Assembly: GCA_964646995.1 (NCBI GenBank)
Contig: CAZYIF010000005.1
Coordinates: forward strand, 68,759 to 132,758
Source: an uncultured Gammaproteobacteria bacterium
Lineage (GTDB): Bacteria; Pseudomonadota; Gammaproteobacteria; CAZYIF01
Length of the DNA stretch: 64,000 nt
Reading direction: 5' to 3'
Shown: positions 17,075 through 28,873 of the stretch, piece by piece
Layout: the number at the start of each line of letters is the position of its first letter
Numbering within the stretch: position 1 is the first letter of the stretch
Notes under the pieces: generated by a model
Databases searched by the model: none
Told to the model about the DNA's origin: nothing
The model's input: the letters and a program-made list of their open reading frames with translations, nothing else
Program-made: the position numbers and the translations under genes

Positions 17075-17707
17075 ATGACGAAAATTGTAAAAATACATGC
17101 CTCGCATCCACAAACACGTGTGTTGCAGCAAGTGGCTACGGTCATCGCGCAAGGCGGGGTGGTTGTGTATCCAACAGATTCGTGTTATGCGTTGGGCTGC
17201 GCGTTGGGAAATAAACAAGCGATAGAGCGCATACGCCTGCTCAGGCAATTACCGCAAACCCACCATTTCACATTGATTTGCCGCGACTTATCGCAGCTGG
17301 CTACCTATGCTAGAGTGAGCAATGCCCAATACCGCATCCTACGCAACCACACACCTGGCGCATATACCTTTCTATTGCCTGCTACCCGTGAGGTGCCCAG
17401 ACGCCTGCAGCATCCCAAGCGCAAAAGCATTGGTATACGCGTGCCGGATCACGTTGCGTTGCAAGCCTTATTGGATGTCTTAGAGGAACCGCTGATGAGC
17501 GTCACCTTGCGTCTACCCGATAGGGAATTCCCGTTAATAGAGCCGGACGCGATGGGTGAATTGCTCGCGGGCAAAGTGGATATCATCATAGATGGCGGTT
17601 ACTGCGGCACAGAACCCACAACCGTACTGGATCTCACCGGGGATGATTCTGTGAAAATATTGCGCATTGGCAAAGGCGATACTAGCGCTTTTTCAGCCTA
17701 CGAGTAA
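17075..17707 (+). CDS. tsaC: L-threonylcarbamoyladenylate synthase TsaC/YrdC
   Basis: The YrdC motif GGVVVYPTDSCYALGC is present, and the length (210 aa) fits. Confidence 0.8.
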   Translation: MTKIVKIHASHPQTRVLQQVATVIAQGGVVVYPTDSCYALGCALGNKQAIERIRLLRQLPQTHHFTLICRDLSQLATYARVSNAQYRILRNHTPGAYTFLLPATREVPRRLQHPKRKSIGIRVPDHVALQALLDVLEEPLMSVTLRLPDREFPLIEPDAMGELLAGKVDIIIDGGYCGTEPTTVLDLTGDDSVKILRIGKGDTSAFSAYE

Positions 17708-17779
17708 TGTGCCCATTTTGCGCATAAGAATTTTATCCTGTATACTGCCCTCCTTTGCACAGAGTGGGTTAACCCCAGC

Positions 17780-18598
17780 ATGATGACACAAGAAATTATC
17801 GCCACGCCAGAAGGCGCCGCACTGGCTTCGCCACTGGCGTTGATACAAGGCCAACCGTGGCATAAGTTGCCGGAAGATTTATACATTCCGCCAGCCGCGT
17901 TGCGCGTTTTTTTAGAGACCTTCGAGGGCCCGTTAGATCTGCTGCTATACCTGATCAACAAACACAATTTAGACATTTTAGATATTCCGATCGCTGAAAT
18001 CACCCACCAATACGTCGCCTACGTGGAATTGATGAAAGAAGTAGAACTGGAATTAGCGGCTGACTACCTTGTGATGGCCGCCATGCTCGCAGAAATCAAA
18101 TCTCGTCTGTTATTGCCGCATACCAGCAGCAACGATGAGATAGAAACGGATCCGCGTGCCGAACTTATTCGACGCCTACAGGAATACGAACGCTTTAAAT
18201 TGGCGGCCCAGCAACTGGATGAATTACCCCGCAGAGAACGCGATATTTTTCCGGTTTGTGCCCAGTTACCCCCCTTAGAACAAGAGAAGCCGGTCGCAGC
18301 AGTTAACTTAGCAGACTTATTAGATGCCTTGCGTGCGGTGTTGCAGCGCGCGGCACTACACAGCCATCACCAGATCGTACAGGAACCCTTGTCGATACGC
18401 GAACGCATGTCACAAGTCATGCAACGTTTGCAGGGCGGTGACTTTGTCGAATTTAACCAACTATTTACCTACACAGAAGGCCGTATCGGGGTAGTCGTTA
18501 CCTTCATCGCCATTCTAGAATTATTAAAGCAAATGCTGATTGAGATTGTGCAAACAGCTATTTTTAGTCCCATTCACATCAAGGCAAAAGTAACATGA
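17780..18598 (+). CDS. scpA: Segregation and condensation protein A (ScpA)
   Basis: ScpA N-terminus (FEGPLDLLLYLINKHNLDILDIPIAEIT). Followed by scpB with an overlapping stop/start. Confidence 0.8.
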   Translation: MMTQEIIATPEGAALASPLALIQGQPWHKLPEDLYIPPAALRVFLETFEGPLDLLLYLINKHNLDILDIPIAEITHQYVAYVELMKEVELELAADYLVMAAMLAEIKSRLLLPHTSSNDEIETDPRAELIRRLQEYERFKLAAQQLDELPRRERDIFPVCAQLPPLEQEKPVAAVNLADLLDALRAVLQRAALHSHHQIVQEPLSIRERMSQVMQRLQGGDFVEFNQLFTYTEGRIGVVVTFIAILELLKQMLIEIVQTAIFSPIHIKAKVT

Positions 18599-19308
18599 GT
18601 TATGACAGCAAACAGGTGAAGCGCATCATCGAAGCCGCACTGATGGCGGCCAGTGAACCTCTCAAAATGGAGAAACTACTGCGCTTGTTTGATCCCGCTG
18701 ACGAGGTATCTAAAGACGTATTGCATGCCGCACTCCGTGAATTGGAGCAAGACTACGTGCCCCACAGTATCGAGCTCAAAGAACTGGCCAGTGGCTATTG
18801 CCTGCAAGTGAAAGCCGAATTCGCGCCGTGGATTATGCGCTTATGGGAAGAGAAACCCCCACGCTACTCGCGTGCCACCTTAGAAACACTCGCCTTAATT
18901 GTCTATAGACAACCGATTACGCGTGCTGAAATTGAAGATATTCGTGGTGTGGCAGTCAGTACCAACCTCATCAAAGCTTTACAAGACAGACAGTGGATCA
19001 AAGTAGTAGGACATAAGGATGTGCCTGGGCATCCGGCACTGTATGCCACTACGTCAGCGTTTCTCGATTATTTTAACCTGAAAGATCTCACCCAATTACC
19101 GCCGTTAGCGGATTTGCAAAATCTCAATGCGCTGGAGGATGCGCTAGCGCCAGAGCAATTAACCATTCTCGCTCTTGACGTCGCCAGTACAACACATTCC
19201 GATGATGAGTTAGAACGCTTGGTGGCCGCGGCAGAAACGCTGGACAAGCAAGGGTTGGCAGAGCAGGAACAGGATGTGTCGACTATCACAGAAGATATGA
19301 CGGAGTAA
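18595..19308 (+). CDS. scpB: Segregation and condensation protein B (ScpB)
   Basis: The winged-helix N-terminus (IEAALMAASEPL) is typical of ScpB, and the 4-bp overlap with scpA points to an operon. Confidence 0.75.
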   Translation: MSYDSKQVKRIIEAALMAASEPLKMEKLLRLFDPADEVSKDVLHAALRELEQDYVPHSIELKELASGYCLQVKAEFAPWIMRLWEEKPPRYSRATLETLALIVYRQPITRAEIEDIRGVAVSTNLIKALQDRQWIKVVGHKDVPGHPALYATTSAFLDYFNLKDLTQLPPLADLQNLNALEDALAPEQLTILALDVASTTHSDDELERLVAAAETLDKQGLAEQEQDVSTITEDMTE

Positions 19309-19375
19309 TGCTATACCCGTAGCGACAGCGCTTGCGCGCTTGCTCAAAACGAATGGTTCGGCAGAGGTTATTATT

Positions 19376-20113
19376 ATGCGATTACAAAAATTATTATCCC
19401 ACATAGGCGTGGGTTCACGCCGTCAAATTGAAGAACTGATCAAAGACAAACAAATTTATGTCAATGGTCAATTAGCCATACTGGGACAACAAGTCACATC
19501 ACACGAACGCATCACGGTGCGCGGCCAACCCATCGCTATTCCACAAGAAAATACGCATGCAACGCGTGTGTTACTTTACAATAAATTAATTGGTGAAATT
19601 TGTACGCGACGCGATGAGGAAAAACGTCCGCTCGTGTTTGCGCATTTACCGAAACTACACAAACAACGTTGGGTCGCGGTCGGACGCTTAGACATCAATA
19701 CCAGTGGTCTGCTGTTATTTACGACCAACGGTGAACTCGCCAACCGCTTGATGCACCCACGCTATGCCATCGAACGCTGTTATGCGGTGCGTGTGCTAGG
19801 GCATGTGACGGCAGAGGCATTGCAACGCTTGCAGCAAGGTGTGCCACTCGACGGACAAATGGCCGCTTTCAATAAAATCGAAGCAGCCGGCGGCAGCGGC
19901 GCCAATCAATGGTACCATGTCAGTTTGCAAGAAGGACGGCAACGCGAAGTGCGTAGACTGTGGGAAAGCCAAGGTCTGACAGTGAGCCGTTTGATACGCA
20001 TACGCTACGCGCACCTGACACTGCCACGTGATTTACGCGGCGGTAAATCCGTTGAACTAGCGGCTGAAGATATTAAATTGCTGTGTGATGCCGTGGGGTT
20101 AACATTAGATTAA
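19376..20113 (+). CDS. rluB: 23S rRNA pseudouridine synthase RluB
   Basis: An S4 domain (MRLQKLLSHIGVGSRRQIEELI) is followed by an RsuA-family catalytic motif (VGRLDINTSGLLLFT). I chose the start at ATG 19376, which follows a GAGG RBS. Confidence 0.75.
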   Translation: MRLQKLLSHIGVGSRRQIEELIKDKQIYVNGQLAILGQQVTSHERITVRGQPIAIPQENTHATRVLLYNKLIGEICTRRDEEKRPLVFAHLPKLHKQRWVAVGRLDINTSGLLLFTTNGELANRLMHPRYAIERCYAVRVLGHVTAEALQRLQQGVPLDGQMAAFNKIEAAGGSGANQWYHVSLQEGRQREVRRLWESQGLTVSRLIRIRYAHLTLPRDLRGGKSVELAAEDIKLLCDAVGLTLD

Positions 20114-20159
20114 CACCACAGCACATAAATTTTTTACGGTATACGAATTATTCTAGCCC

Positions 20160-21632
20160 CTAACGTTTCCCCTGTCGGCTAGGTGTACGTTGCTTTTTAT
20201 CAACGCCCGGTGCAGGTGGTTTTCCTTTGAAGTGATCCGATGACTTCTTTTTAAAAGAAGACGGTTTCCGGCGTGGTCTTTCGTCGCGTTCTGGCCCAGC
20301 TGAGCTGATTTCGTGTGACGGTAATGGATTCGCTTGTTGCATTAAATACACCAATGCAGCGGCAACATCTTTAGCGGTGCACCCACTTTGCTTGATGACT
20401 TCGTCTATCATGTCCTGATAAGGGCCTAACTTTTTGCTTTTGTTGATGACGTTAACAACTTTTTCCGTCAAATCTTTGTTGCGCTTTTCGCTCATTTCAT
20501 TGAGTGAGGGTGGTTCTATTTGTTCGATGGGGTTAGCAATGCCACGGTTAATATCTTGCAATAAACCATGCTCTCTTGGCGCAACAAACAACAGCGCTTT
20601 ACCTTTGCGTCCGGCACGACCGGTTCTGCCAATACGGTGAATATACGATTCGGCATCAACTGGAATATCAAAATTAATCACGTGGCTAATGCGATCCACA
20701 TCAATACCTCTAGCAGCAACATCGGTTGCGACGATAATATCTAGGGTGGCATTTTTGATGCGATCAATGACTTTTTCACGCAGTGCTTGCGTCATATCAC
20801 CGTTGAGCGCTGCGGCCGCATAACCACGGGCCTGCAATTTTTCCGCCAGTTCGGCAGAACCTTTTTTGGTGCGCGTAAAAATAATCGCTGCTTGTATGTC
20901 TTCGATCTCGAGAAAACGAGTGAGCACATCCAGTTTTTGATGTCCAGCAACACGCGTGTAGAATTGCTCGATGGCGTCGATGGTATTCTTTTTGGGTTTG
21001 ATCTGGATCTTTTTCGCATGCTTCAAGTAACGGTTAGCAATTTGCTGAATCGAAGCAGGCATCGTCGCTGAAAACAATGCCGTTTGATGGGCTTGTGGGA
21101 TCTGATCCAGGATCCAGGTGATATCACCAATAAAGCCCATTTTTAACATTTGATCCGCTTCATCTAGTACCACGGTTCTTAAGGTGCTAACCGACAAGGT
21201 GCCACGACGTAGGTGATCCATCACACGACCGGGTGTGCCAACAATAATATGCGTGCCGCGTTTTAAGGCCCGTAGCTGGATTTGGTAATCCTGCCCACCA
21301 TAAATAGGGGCCACATGAAAACCGTGTAGTTGTTTGGCGTAACTCTGACAGGCTTCTGCCACTTGAATCGCAAGTTCACGGGTAGGCACCATGATAAGAA
21401 CTTGGGGCTGCTTTACGGCGAGGTCTAGTTGAGCCAAGGCAGGAAGAACAAAGGCTGCGGTTTTTCCGGTACCCGTTTGTGCCTGGGCCAATACGTCGGC
21501 GCCTTCCATTAATAAAGGAATGGTTTGCTCTTGTATGGGCGTAGGCACTTCATAACCCAAGGCGACTAACGCCGATAAAAGTGGAGCGGGCAGCCCTAAC
21601 TGACTAAATGATAATGATATTGTTTCTGGCAT
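20160..21632 (-). CDS. DEAD-box ATP-dependent RNA helicase (RhlE-like) with a basic C-terminal tail
   Basis: The Q-motif, Walker A (AQTGTGKT), DEAD, SAT and HRIGRTGRAG motifs are all present. The C-terminus is rich in R/K/P. Confidence 0.85.
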   Translation of the reverse strand: MPETISLSFSQLGLPAPLLSALVALGYEVPTPIQEQTIPLLMEGADVLAQAQTGTGKTAAFVLPALAQLDLAVKQPQVLIMVPTRELAIQVAEACQSYAKQLHGFHVAPIYGGQDYQIQLRALKRGTHIIVGTPGRVMDHLRRGTLSVSTLRTVVLDEADQMLKMGFIGDITWILDQIPQAHQTALFSATMPASIQQIANRYLKHAKKIQIKPKKNTIDAIEQFYTRVAGHQKLDVLTRFLEIEDIQAAIIFTRTKKGSAELAEKLQARGYAAAALNGDMTQALREKVIDRIKNATLDIIVATDVAARGIDVDRISHVINFDIPVDAESYIHRIGRTGRAGRKGKALLFVAPREHGLLQDINRGIANPIEQIEPPSLNEMSEKRNKDLTEKVVNVINKSKKLGPYQDMIDEVIKQSGCTAKDVAAALVYLMQQANPLPSHEISSAGPERDERPRRKPSSFKKKSSDHFKGKPPAPGVDKKQRTPSRQGKR

Positions 21633-21780
21633 GTGATTGACTCTCTAAGATGCTGATTGATTACAACGGATGCTAATTGTACAGCAATATGGCATTAAAG
21701 CTACCTTTAAATGACAATCACTTTAAATACCTTATTATCGTCATGCTGAGAGTAACCAAGGATCACAAGGAATCCGCCGT

Positions 21781-22560
21781 TCACGTCGCTAATCCGTTGT
21801 TTCCTGCTTCCGCTATCCAACGCAAACCATCCAACGTCAGCCACTCATCGACGACATCAAATACAGTGGTCAACGGCGCCAAGGTAGTGGCTAAGCCGCC
21901 GGTCGCAATCACTTTAGTCCCGGCACCTAACTGTTTACGCATGCGTTCGACCAAACCTTCTACCATGCAGATATGGCCCAAGATCAATCCCGACTGCATA
22001 GCATGCACGGTGTTACTACCAATGACCGACGGTGGTGCTTTCAATACGATGGCCGGCAATTGCGAGGTCTTTTCGATCAAGGCATCACAAATAGTATGTA
22101 GGCCGGGAGCAATGGCACACCCTAAAAATTTTCCGGGTTGCGCAATCGCACTCACCGTCGTGGCAGTGCCAAAATCCACGACCAAACAATCGGTCTTAAA
22201 ACGCGCAAATGCAGCGATCGCATTCGCAATCAGATCGGCACCGGTTTTTTCGGGAGGATCCGTACACACCGTAATATACGGCTGCTGCGCGTGATGCACG
22301 ATGATAGGTGCTAATTGGGTGTGTTGTTGCAACATCCCGGCTAACACGTGCGTCAATTGTGGTACCACACTGCCGATCACAATCTGGGTAAAACTAGCAT
22401 ACGTCAAGTGTGCTTGCTGAAATAACTGTGCAAACAGCACCGCATACTCATCAGCCATGCGTTTGTTGTTGGTCTGCACGCGCCACTGTTGCCGCCATTC
22501 TGCCTGATGATGAACCCCCAATACAATGTTGGTGTTACCAATATCAATGGCCAATAACAT
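21781..22560 (-). CDS. coaX: Type III pantothenate kinase CoaX
   Basis: [15 protein letters not shown] is the N-terminus of an ASKHA-fold CoaX. Confidence 0.8.
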   Translation of the reverse strand: MLLAIDIGNTNIVLGVHHQAEWRQQWRVQTNNKRMADEYAVLFAQLFQQAHLTYASFTQIVIGSVVPQLTHVLAGMLQQHTQLAPIIVHHAQQPYITVCTDPPEKTGADLIANAIAAFARFKTDCLVVDFGTATTVSAIAQPGKFLGCAIAPGLHTICDALIEKTSQLPAIVLKAPPSVIGSNTVHAMQSGLILGHICMVEGLVERMRKQLGAGTKVIATGGLATTLAPLTTVFDVVDEWLTLDGLRWIAEAGNNGLAT

Positions 22561-23374
22561 GGTCCACCTCCTCGTCTATACTACTAGTTACTTGTAGTTG
22601 CTCTAATTGTTTGAAATTCCACAAATCACGATCCATCAATTGACTCGGTCTCACGGCGCTGAGGGCATGCAAGATATTGCTGGGGACTTTGGGATTTTCT
22701 AGGGCAAGCTGCGCTATCAATTGTTTGATGCGTTGCCTTGCCAAGTTTTGTTGTGAGCCACATAAATTGCACGGAATAATGGGGTATTGCTGTAACAACG
22801 CATAAGCGGCAATGTCTTTTTCTTGGCAATAGCTTAACGGTCTGATGACGATGTGTTGCTTATCATCCGTCAACAATTTGGGGGGCATCGCTTTGATTTC
22901 GCCGCTGTATAAAATCGACATCAATAAGGTTTGAATCAAATCATCACGGTGATGTCCCAACGCCACTTTATTGAAGCCGTGTTCGCGTGCATAACGATAA
23001 ATGATGCCGCGGCGCAAGCGTGAGCACAACGAACAAAAAGTTTGATTCTCCGGTATTTTTTCCTTCACGATGGAATACGTATCACGGGTTAATATTTCAA
23101 AAGATAAACCGCGCTGCGTCAACCATTGCCGTAATAGCGTATCATTCCAACCCGGCTGTGCTTGATCCAAGGTGAATACCTGAAAACTAAAACGCACGTT
23201 GGCGCGCAGCTGTAACAAATGCAATAAAGTCACTAAGGTAAAGGAGTCTTTACCACCGGATAAGCACACTAAGATGCGATCGCCATGCTGAATCATCTGG
23301 TAATCGGCAATCGCCTTACCCATATAATGCAGCAACTTTTTCTCTAATTTGTCTTTTTTATCTCTGTCGATCAT
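22544..23374 (-). CDS. ttcA: tRNA 2-thiocytidine biosynthesis protein TtcA
   Basis: The PP-loop SGGKDS is present, along with CxxC motifs (CSLC, CNLCGSQ). Confidence 0.8.
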   Translation of the reverse strand: MIDRDKKDKLEKKLLHYMGKAIADYQMIQHGDRILVCLSGGKDSFTLVTLLHLLQLRANVRFSFQVFTLDQAQPGWNDTLLRQWLTQRGLSFEILTRDTYSIVKEKIPENQTFCSLCSRLRRGIIYRYAREHGFNKVALGHHRDDLIQTLLMSILYSGEIKAMPPKLLTDDKQHIVIRPLSYCQEKDIAAYALLQQYPIIPCNLCGSQQNLARQRIKQLIAQLALENPKVPSNILHALSAVRPSQLMDRDLWNFKQLEQLQVTSSIDEEVDHVIGH

Positions 23375-23412
23375 CGTGTCACACTCCGTTCTAAAAAATC
23401 AGCAATTATTCA

Positions 23413-23603
23413 TATACCCGTTACACTGCAAAATGCGCTTCTTGCATTTTGCAGTGTTCTCTACGCGATGGGGTTTCCCAAGCGGAGCAGCGCGCTTCAC
23501 CCCTTGGTTGACCCTGCACAAATTTACTTTGTATAAGTCTAGAAACAGGATATACCGCGCGACTTACCCATCAAAGTTCGCATCTTGAAGTACGAGCGGT
23601 ATA
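23413..23603 (+). mobile_element. MITE family F1, copy 5 (forward), in the divergent ttcA / nitroreductase intergenic region
   Basis: tatacccgttacactgcaaaatgcgcttcttgcattttgcagtg ... ctacgcgatggggtttcccaagcggagcagcgcgcttcaccccttgg ... cgcatcttgaagtacgagcggtata, with TA flanks. Confidence 0.8.
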
Positions 23604-23734
23604 TGTTACAAAAATCACTGTTCTGCGCCGGTGCAGTATACACAATTCAGCTGAAAATAACCCACTTGGGATTTACCCCAATCTACGGCATAATGGCGTA
23701 TTCTCGCCAACGACACACCGATAAGGAATGCCAC

Positions 23735-24409
23735 ATGTTAGATGTCATAGACGCCATAAAGCACCGTGCCTCAGTACGCGCCTTTTTGCCTACCCCAGTT
23801 GCACGCACCACGCTACATGCCATTTTAGACGCAGCACGTTGGGCGCCCTCAGGCGTCAATACACAACCCTGGCAAGTTGCCGTGGTGGGAGGCGAATGCA
23901 AGCAACGCATCAGTGCTGCCCTGATCCAACAACACCGCGCGGCCGTAGCCGCAAATCCCGATTATCAATATTACCCAACAGACTGGTTTGAACCCTACAA
24001 AAGTCGCCGTTTTGCCTGTGGCATGGCGTTGTATGGTGCGTTGGATATAGCACGTGATGATCGTGCTCGGCGGCAACAGGTATGGGAAATGAATTACGCG
24101 TTTTTTGGTGCGCCAGTGGCGTTGTTTTTCTTGGTTGATGCACGCTTAGCACTAGGATCATGGCTAGACAACGGAATGTTTCTGCAAAATGTCATGCTGG
24201 CGGCAAGGGGATATGGCCTGGAAACTTGCCCGCAAGCGGCACTCGCAGAGTACCCCGATACGGTACGTCAACTGCTCTCACTCACTCCGGAGCACCGCGT
24301 GATCTGCGGCATGGCATTGGGTTATGCGGATCACACACAAGCCATTAACCAATACCGCACCGAACGTATGCCCGTCGATGCCTTCACCGAATGGCACGAC
24401 ATCGATTGA
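23735..24409 (+). CDS. Nitroreductase family protein (NAD(P)H flavin oxidoreductase-like)
   Basis: MLDVIDAIKHRASVRAFLPTPV...SGVNTQPW is a nitroreductase-fold N-terminus. The track ORF starts inside the F1 MITE (23585), which I reject. Confidence 0.7.
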   Translation: MLDVIDAIKHRASVRAFLPTPVARTTLHAILDAARWAPSGVNTQPWQVAVVGGECKQRISAALIQQHRAAVAANPDYQYYPTDWFEPYKSRRFACGMALYGALDIARDDRARRQQVWEMNYAFFGAPVALFFLVDARLALGSWLDNGMFLQNVMLAARGYGLETCPQAALAEYPDTVRQLLSLTPEHRVICGMALGYADHTQAINQYRTERMPVDAFTEWHDID

Positions 24410-24427
24410 TGCGAGGCAGCTCCCTCA

Positions 24428-26704
24428 TTACGAAGAAGCCATGCCCTCTTCATTACCAATGCGTTCGATGACATTAAATTGCAAGCTGCCTTCTTTTTCG
24501 GTAAGACAGACTTTGCCGCCATCCACCAAACGTCCAAACAGCAGCTCATCCGCTAATGGTTTTTTAATGTGTTCTTGGATCAAACGCGCCATCGGCCTAG
24601 CACCCATTTTTACGTCGTAACCGTTCTTTGCCAACCACGCCCGCGCCTTTTGATCCACCAATAAATGCACCTGTTTGGCTTCCAGACTGACTTCCAATTC
24701 CATGATGAATTTATCGACGACGTGCGCGATAGTCTCTGTATCCAATGACTTAAACTGGATAATAGCATCCAAGCGATTACGGAATTCTGGCGTAAACGTT
24801 GACTTTAAAGCGGCCGAGATATCCGTATTACTTTCCTGCTGGGTAAATCCAATGTGGGTTTTTTCCAGTAGATCCGCGCCCGCATTGCTGGTGATTACGA
24901 GAATCACGTGCCTAAAATCAACCTTGCGACCATTAGCATCGGTCAATGAACCGTGATCCATTACTTGCAATAAAATATTAAAAATATCAGGATGCGCCTT
25001 TTCTATTTCATCCAATAACAAAACTGCATACGGTTGTTTATTAACGGATTCGGTTAACAACCCACCTTGATCGTGTCCGACATATCCAGGCGGTGCGCCA
25101 ATTAAACGTGATACGGCGTGGCGTTCCATGTATTCCGACATATCGAAACGTAGTAACTCCAAACCCATCAAATGCGCTAATTGCCGCGTTACCTCGGTTT
25201 TACCCACACCAGTGGGGCCCGCAAATAAAAAGCTACCAATTGGCTTCTGTGCATCCCTTAAGCCGGAACGCGCCAGTTTGATCGCGGAAACTAAAGCGGC
25301 GATCGCTTCGTCTTGACCGTAAATCAGCATTTTTAACTCACGATCCAGGTTGCGCAAAATATCTCGATCGGTCTTGGAAATATTCTTCGGTGGCACACGC
25401 GCAATGTCGGCAATGATTTGCTCTATTTCAGCCTGTCCAATCACTTTCTTGCGTTTAGACACCGGTAATAACGCTTGATGTGCACCGGCCTCATCGACTA
25501 CGTCGATGGCTTTGTCCGGTAAAAACCTATCGGTGATGTAACGCGCCGATAATTCTGCTGCTGAGCGTAAGGCAGCGCTAGAGAATTTAACGTGGTGGTG
25601 TTCCTCTAAATTAACGCGCAAGCCTTTGAGAATTTTGATGGTATCTTCTACGCTAGGCTCACTGACATCGATTTTTTGAAAGCGTCTCGCCAGCGCCCGA
25701 TCTTTTTCAAAAATACCCCTGTACTCCTGGTAGGTCGTCGACCCCATGCATTTTAACTCACCACTGGCCAACATCGGTTTAATCAGATTGGAAGCATCCA
25801 TCACCCCACCGGACGCAGCGCCTGCACCCACAATCGTGTGAATCTCATCAATAAATAAGATCGCATGCGGTTGCTGTTTTAGTTGCTGCAATAATGATTT
25901 CAAGCGTTTTTCAAAATCACCACGGTATTTTGTACCGGCTAACAACGCGCCTAAATCCAACGAATACACCACACTCTTAGCAATGATGTCGGGGACTTCA
26001 TGATCGACAATCATTTTTGCTAAGCCCTCCGCAATCGCGGTTTTGCCCACGCCCGCTTCGCCCACTAACAAGGGGTTATTTTTACGGCGGCGGCACAATA
26101 CTTGAATGACCCGTGTGACTTCGTCTTTGCGTCCAATAAGTGGATCAATCAAGCCTGCTTTCGCTCTATTATTTAGGTTAGTCGCATACTCTTCTAAGGG
26201 CGTTTCGCCGCTGTGTTCGCTCAGTTCATCTTGCGGTGGCGGTGTGGGTTGAATATCTTCTTGGTTGCCCACTTTAGCAATACCGTGCGAAATGTAATTA
26301 ACGACATCAAGGCGCATCACATTTTCTTGTTTGAGTAGGTAAACGCTTTGGCTTTCTTGTTCACTGAAAATAGCCGCCAGTACATTGGCACCACTGACCT
26401 CAGAACGCCCGGCTGATTGCACGTGAAATACGGCACGCTGCACTACGCGCTGAAAACCCAGTGTGGGTTGCGTATCACGTGATTCTTCACCCATGGGAAT
26501 CAGTGGCGTCGTTTCATCGATGAAAGTAACTAGCTCCACCCGTAAGCGATTCATATTCGCCCCACAAGCACGCAATACATTCACTGAAGACGCATTATCT
26601 AATAATGCAAGTAATAAGTGCTCAACCGTCATGAATTCATGGCGTTTACGTCTTGCTTCTTTGTACGTCTGATTCAGCGTATGTTCGAGTTCTTTATCTA
26701 ACAT
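24428..26704 (-). CDS. clpA: ATP-dependent Clp protease ATP-binding subunit ClpA
   Basis: [35 protein letters not shown] is collinear with the E. coli ClpA N-terminus, and two AAA+ modules are present (GEAGVGKT; GPTGVGKT). Confidence 0.95.
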   Translation of the reverse strand: MLDKELEHTLNQTYKEARRKRHEFMTVEHLLLALLDNASSVNVLRACGANMNRLRVELVTFIDETTPLIPMGEESRDTQPTLGFQRVVQRAVFHVQSAGRSEVSGANVLAAIFSEQESQSVYLLKQENVMRLDVVNYISHGIAKVGNQEDIQPTPPPQDELSEHSGETPLEEYATNLNNRAKAGLIDPLIGRKDEVTRVIQVLCRRRKNNPLLVGEAGVGKTAIAEGLAKMIVDHEVPDIIAKSVVYSLDLGALLAGTKYRGDFEKRLKSLLQQLKQQPHAILFIDEIHTIVGAGAASGGVMDASNLIKPMLASGELKCMGSTTYQEYRGIFEKDRALARRFQKIDVSEPSVEDTIKILKGLRVNLEEHHHVKFSSAALRSAAELSARYITDRFLPDKAIDVVDEAGAHQALLPVSKRKKVIGQAEIEQIIADIARVPPKNISKTDRDILRNLDRELKMLIYGQDEAIAALVSAIKLARSGLRDAQKPIGSFLFAGPTGVGKTEVTRQLAHLMGLELLRFDMSEYMERHAVSRLIGAPPGYVGHDQGGLLTESVNKQPYAVLLLDEIEKAHPDIFNILLQVMDHGSLTDANGRKVDFRHVILVITSNAGADLLEKTHIGFTQQESNTDISAALKSTFTPEFRNRLDAIIQFKSLDTETIAHVVDKFIMELEVSLEAKQVHLLVDQKARAWLAKNGYDVKMGARPMARLIQEHIKKPLADELLFGRLVDGGKVCLTEKEGSLQFNVIERIGNEEGMASS

Positions 26705-26740
26705 AACGCGCCTCCTTCCTTTGCACTTGCCCTCATTGCT

Positions 26741-27055
26741 TCATGATACCGGTTGAATCGTACATAACAACGGGTGTTGATGACCACGCGCATAGTCGTT
26801 GGTCTGCAACATCTTGGTTTCTGCCACATCCCGCGTGTACGTTCCACACAATCCCCTACCTTCCGTATGTACTTGCAGCATCACTTGATTGGCCTGCTCC
26901 ACACTCATGGAGAAGAAGCGCTGCAATACAATAATCACAAAGTCCATAGGTGTATAATCGTCATTTAACAAAATAACTTGATACAATCGTGGCTTATCAA
27001 GCTTAGGTAGCGACTCCTTGACAGCTATTTGTTCATCAATTTGCACGTTTCCCAT
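26741..27055 (-). CDS. clpS: ClpA adaptor protein ClpS
   Basis: 104 aa. The ClpS core ([24 protein letters not shown]) lies immediately upstream of clpA. Confidence 0.9.
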   Translation of the reverse strand: MGNVQIDEQIAVKESLPKLDKPRLYQVILLNDDYTPMDFVIIVLQRFFSMSVEQANQVMLQVHTEGRGLCGTYTRDVAETKMLQTNDYARGHQHPLLCTIQPVS

Positions 27056-27172
27056 AACTTAACCTTATAGCTCAAAATCATTATAATTTCCCGCTATTAT
27101 CATTCATCCATTAAACTAGCATAACGATTAAGCAACTCAGCTACTTTTATTGTCATTATTCAGCAAAACTGT

Positions 27173-27340
27173 TCAACAACTCGGCCGCAAGCGACCGAGA
27201 TGGTTCCCTTGAGTGGTTCGCCTGCGCGAAGTAAATTTGCGCGGACGGCGACCAGAGAGTAGCTATTGCATAAGCTCCCCTCTGGACACTCCCCCTTTGT
27301 CTCACCTGCAAGCGGATGAGATTCTTTTCTTTGAATAATT
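27173..27340 (+). mobile_element. MITE family F3, copy 1 (about 168 bp). The left hairpin is aactcggccgcaagcgaccgag and the right hairpin ctcacctgcaagcggatgag, followed by attcttttcttt
   Basis: Both terminal hairpins are shared with copies at 47923 and 57376. It is preceded by an F2-TIR-like remnant (attattcagcaaaactg, 27155-27172). Confidence 0.7.
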
Positions 27341-27407
27341 ACTCCGCCCCTAGCCCAACAAAGCTGGATTAGACACCGCAAGAATGGCATCCCCTTAAGA
27401 ATCCGCG

Positions 27408-27444
27408 CTGTGATAACTATCTATTTATTTGCGAAATAGTTATT
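27408..27444. repeat. Solo hairpin resembling the F2 terminal hairpin (gataactat ctatttatttgcgaa atagttatt)
   Basis: The inverted repeat ataactat / atagttat surrounds a 19-nt loop. It lies in the long clpS-icd intergenic region. Confidence 0.4.
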
Positions 27445-27577
27445 GTTTTTGTAATTATCCTGTAAAAATATCGAATGACCACCCCGCATTTTATCGTTAG
27501 TTTAGCCAGGATGCCGCTTTTGCGGCCGTACGGTCACGGTAAACCATCGCATAACACCCCTAAGCTAACGCCAACGC

Positions 27578-28837
27578 TTAACCCATTTGGGCGATCATTG
27601 CCGTGCCGAACGCGGAACAACTCAGCAAAGTGGCCCCTGTCAGCAGACGTTCAAAATCATAGGTAACTGTCTTAGCCGCAATGGCACCTTGCATGCCGCG
27701 TATGACCAAATCAGCGGCTTCTGTCCAGCCCATGTGACGTAACATCATCTCTGCCGAGAGGATGAGCGAACCAGGGTTCACTTTGTCTTGTCCGGCGTAT
27801 TTAGGTGCTGTACCGTGCGTCGCTTCAAACAGGGCAACGTTGCTGCCAATGTTGGCGCCAGGGGCAATGCCTATACCACCCACCTGCGCCGCCAATGCAT
27901 CTGAAATATAATCGCCATTGAGGTTTAACGTCGCAATCACGCTGTAGTCCGTGGGACGCAACAAAATTTGTTGCAAGAAGGCATCGGCTATCACGTCTTT
28001 AATGACAATGGTTTTACCCGTTTTGGGACTGATCAGTTGATGCCAAGGACCACCCTCTAACGGCGTCGCGCCAAATTCCTCGCGTGCTAATGCATAACCC
28101 CAATCTTTGAATGCACCTTCCGTGAATTTCATGATATTGCCTTTGTGTACCAAGGTCACCGAAGGCAAATCCTGCTCGATAGCATAAGCAATGGCTTGTC
28201 TCACCAAGCGTTCTGTTCCTTGTTTGGAAACGGGCTTAATGCCTATCCCACAATGTTCAGGAAAACGGATTTTTTTGATCCCCATTTCCTGCTGTAGAAA
28301 TTGAATCACCTGCTTTGCCTCTGCACTGTCGGCTTGCCATTCTATGCCGGCATAAATATCTTCGGCATTTTCTCTGAAAATCACCATGTCAACCTGCTCA
28401 GGGTGTTTCACTGGACTAGGTGTACCGGTGTAGTAGCGCACGGGACGCAAACACAAGTACAAATCTAAACGCTGACGCAAGGCCACATTGAGTGAACGTA
28501 TACCACCGCTCACGGGCGTAGTCAGTGGCCCTTTGATCGCAACGCAAAAACTTTGAATGGCTTCTAGTGTCTCCTCGGGCAACCACGTGTCTTGCCCATA
28601 AACATGCGTGGCTTTTTCACCCGCGTAAATTTCCATCCACTGTATTTGACGTTTGCCCGCATACGCAATACGCACGGCGGCATCAATCACGCATTGCATC
28701 ACCGGTGTAATATCGACACCGATACCATCACCTTCTATAAAAGGAATGATGGGTTGTTCCGGCACCTGCAACTTGCCGTGCGCATCCATTGTGATTTTTT
28801 GTCCCTGTGCAGGAACATGAATATGTTGATACGCCAT
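27578..28837 (-). CDS. icd: Isocitrate dehydrogenase (NADP-dependent, homodimeric type)
   Basis: 419 aa. [40 protein letters not shown] is collinear with E. coli Icd. Confidence 0.95.
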   Translation of the reverse strand: MAYQHIHVPAQGQKITMDAHGKLQVPEQPIIPFIEGDGIGVDITPVMQCVIDAAVRIAYAGKRQIQWMEIYAGEKATHVYGQDTWLPEETLEAIQSFCVAIKGPLTTPVSGGIRSLNVALRQRLDLYLCLRPVRYYTGTPSPVKHPEQVDMVIFRENAEDIYAGIEWQADSAEAKQVIQFLQQEMGIKKIRFPEHCGIGIKPVSKQGTERLVRQAIAYAIEQDLPSVTLVHKGNIMKFTEGAFKDWGYALAREEFGATPLEGGPWHQLISPKTGKTIVIKDVIADAFLQQILLRPTDYSVIATLNLNGDYISDALAAQVGGIGIAPGANIGSNVALFEATHGTAPKYAGQDKVNPGSLILSAEMMLRHMGWTEAADLVIRGMQGAIAAKTVTYDFERLLTGATLLSCSAFGTAMIAQMG

Positions 28838-28873
28838 GCTACGCTCTCCTCATTCTGTTAGGTTCATTATCGC

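Noticed and set aside
23585-23734. Upstream extensions of track ORFs: nitroreductase from 23585, csrA to 56047, recA to 61479, rpsF to 49665, fadD to 5474, yciB to 16954 and GGDEF from 54716
   Set aside because: In each case an internal ATG is preceded by a good Shine-Dalgarno, and its product aligns from residue 1 with the conserved family N-terminus. The nitroreductase extension would be translated from MITE sequence.
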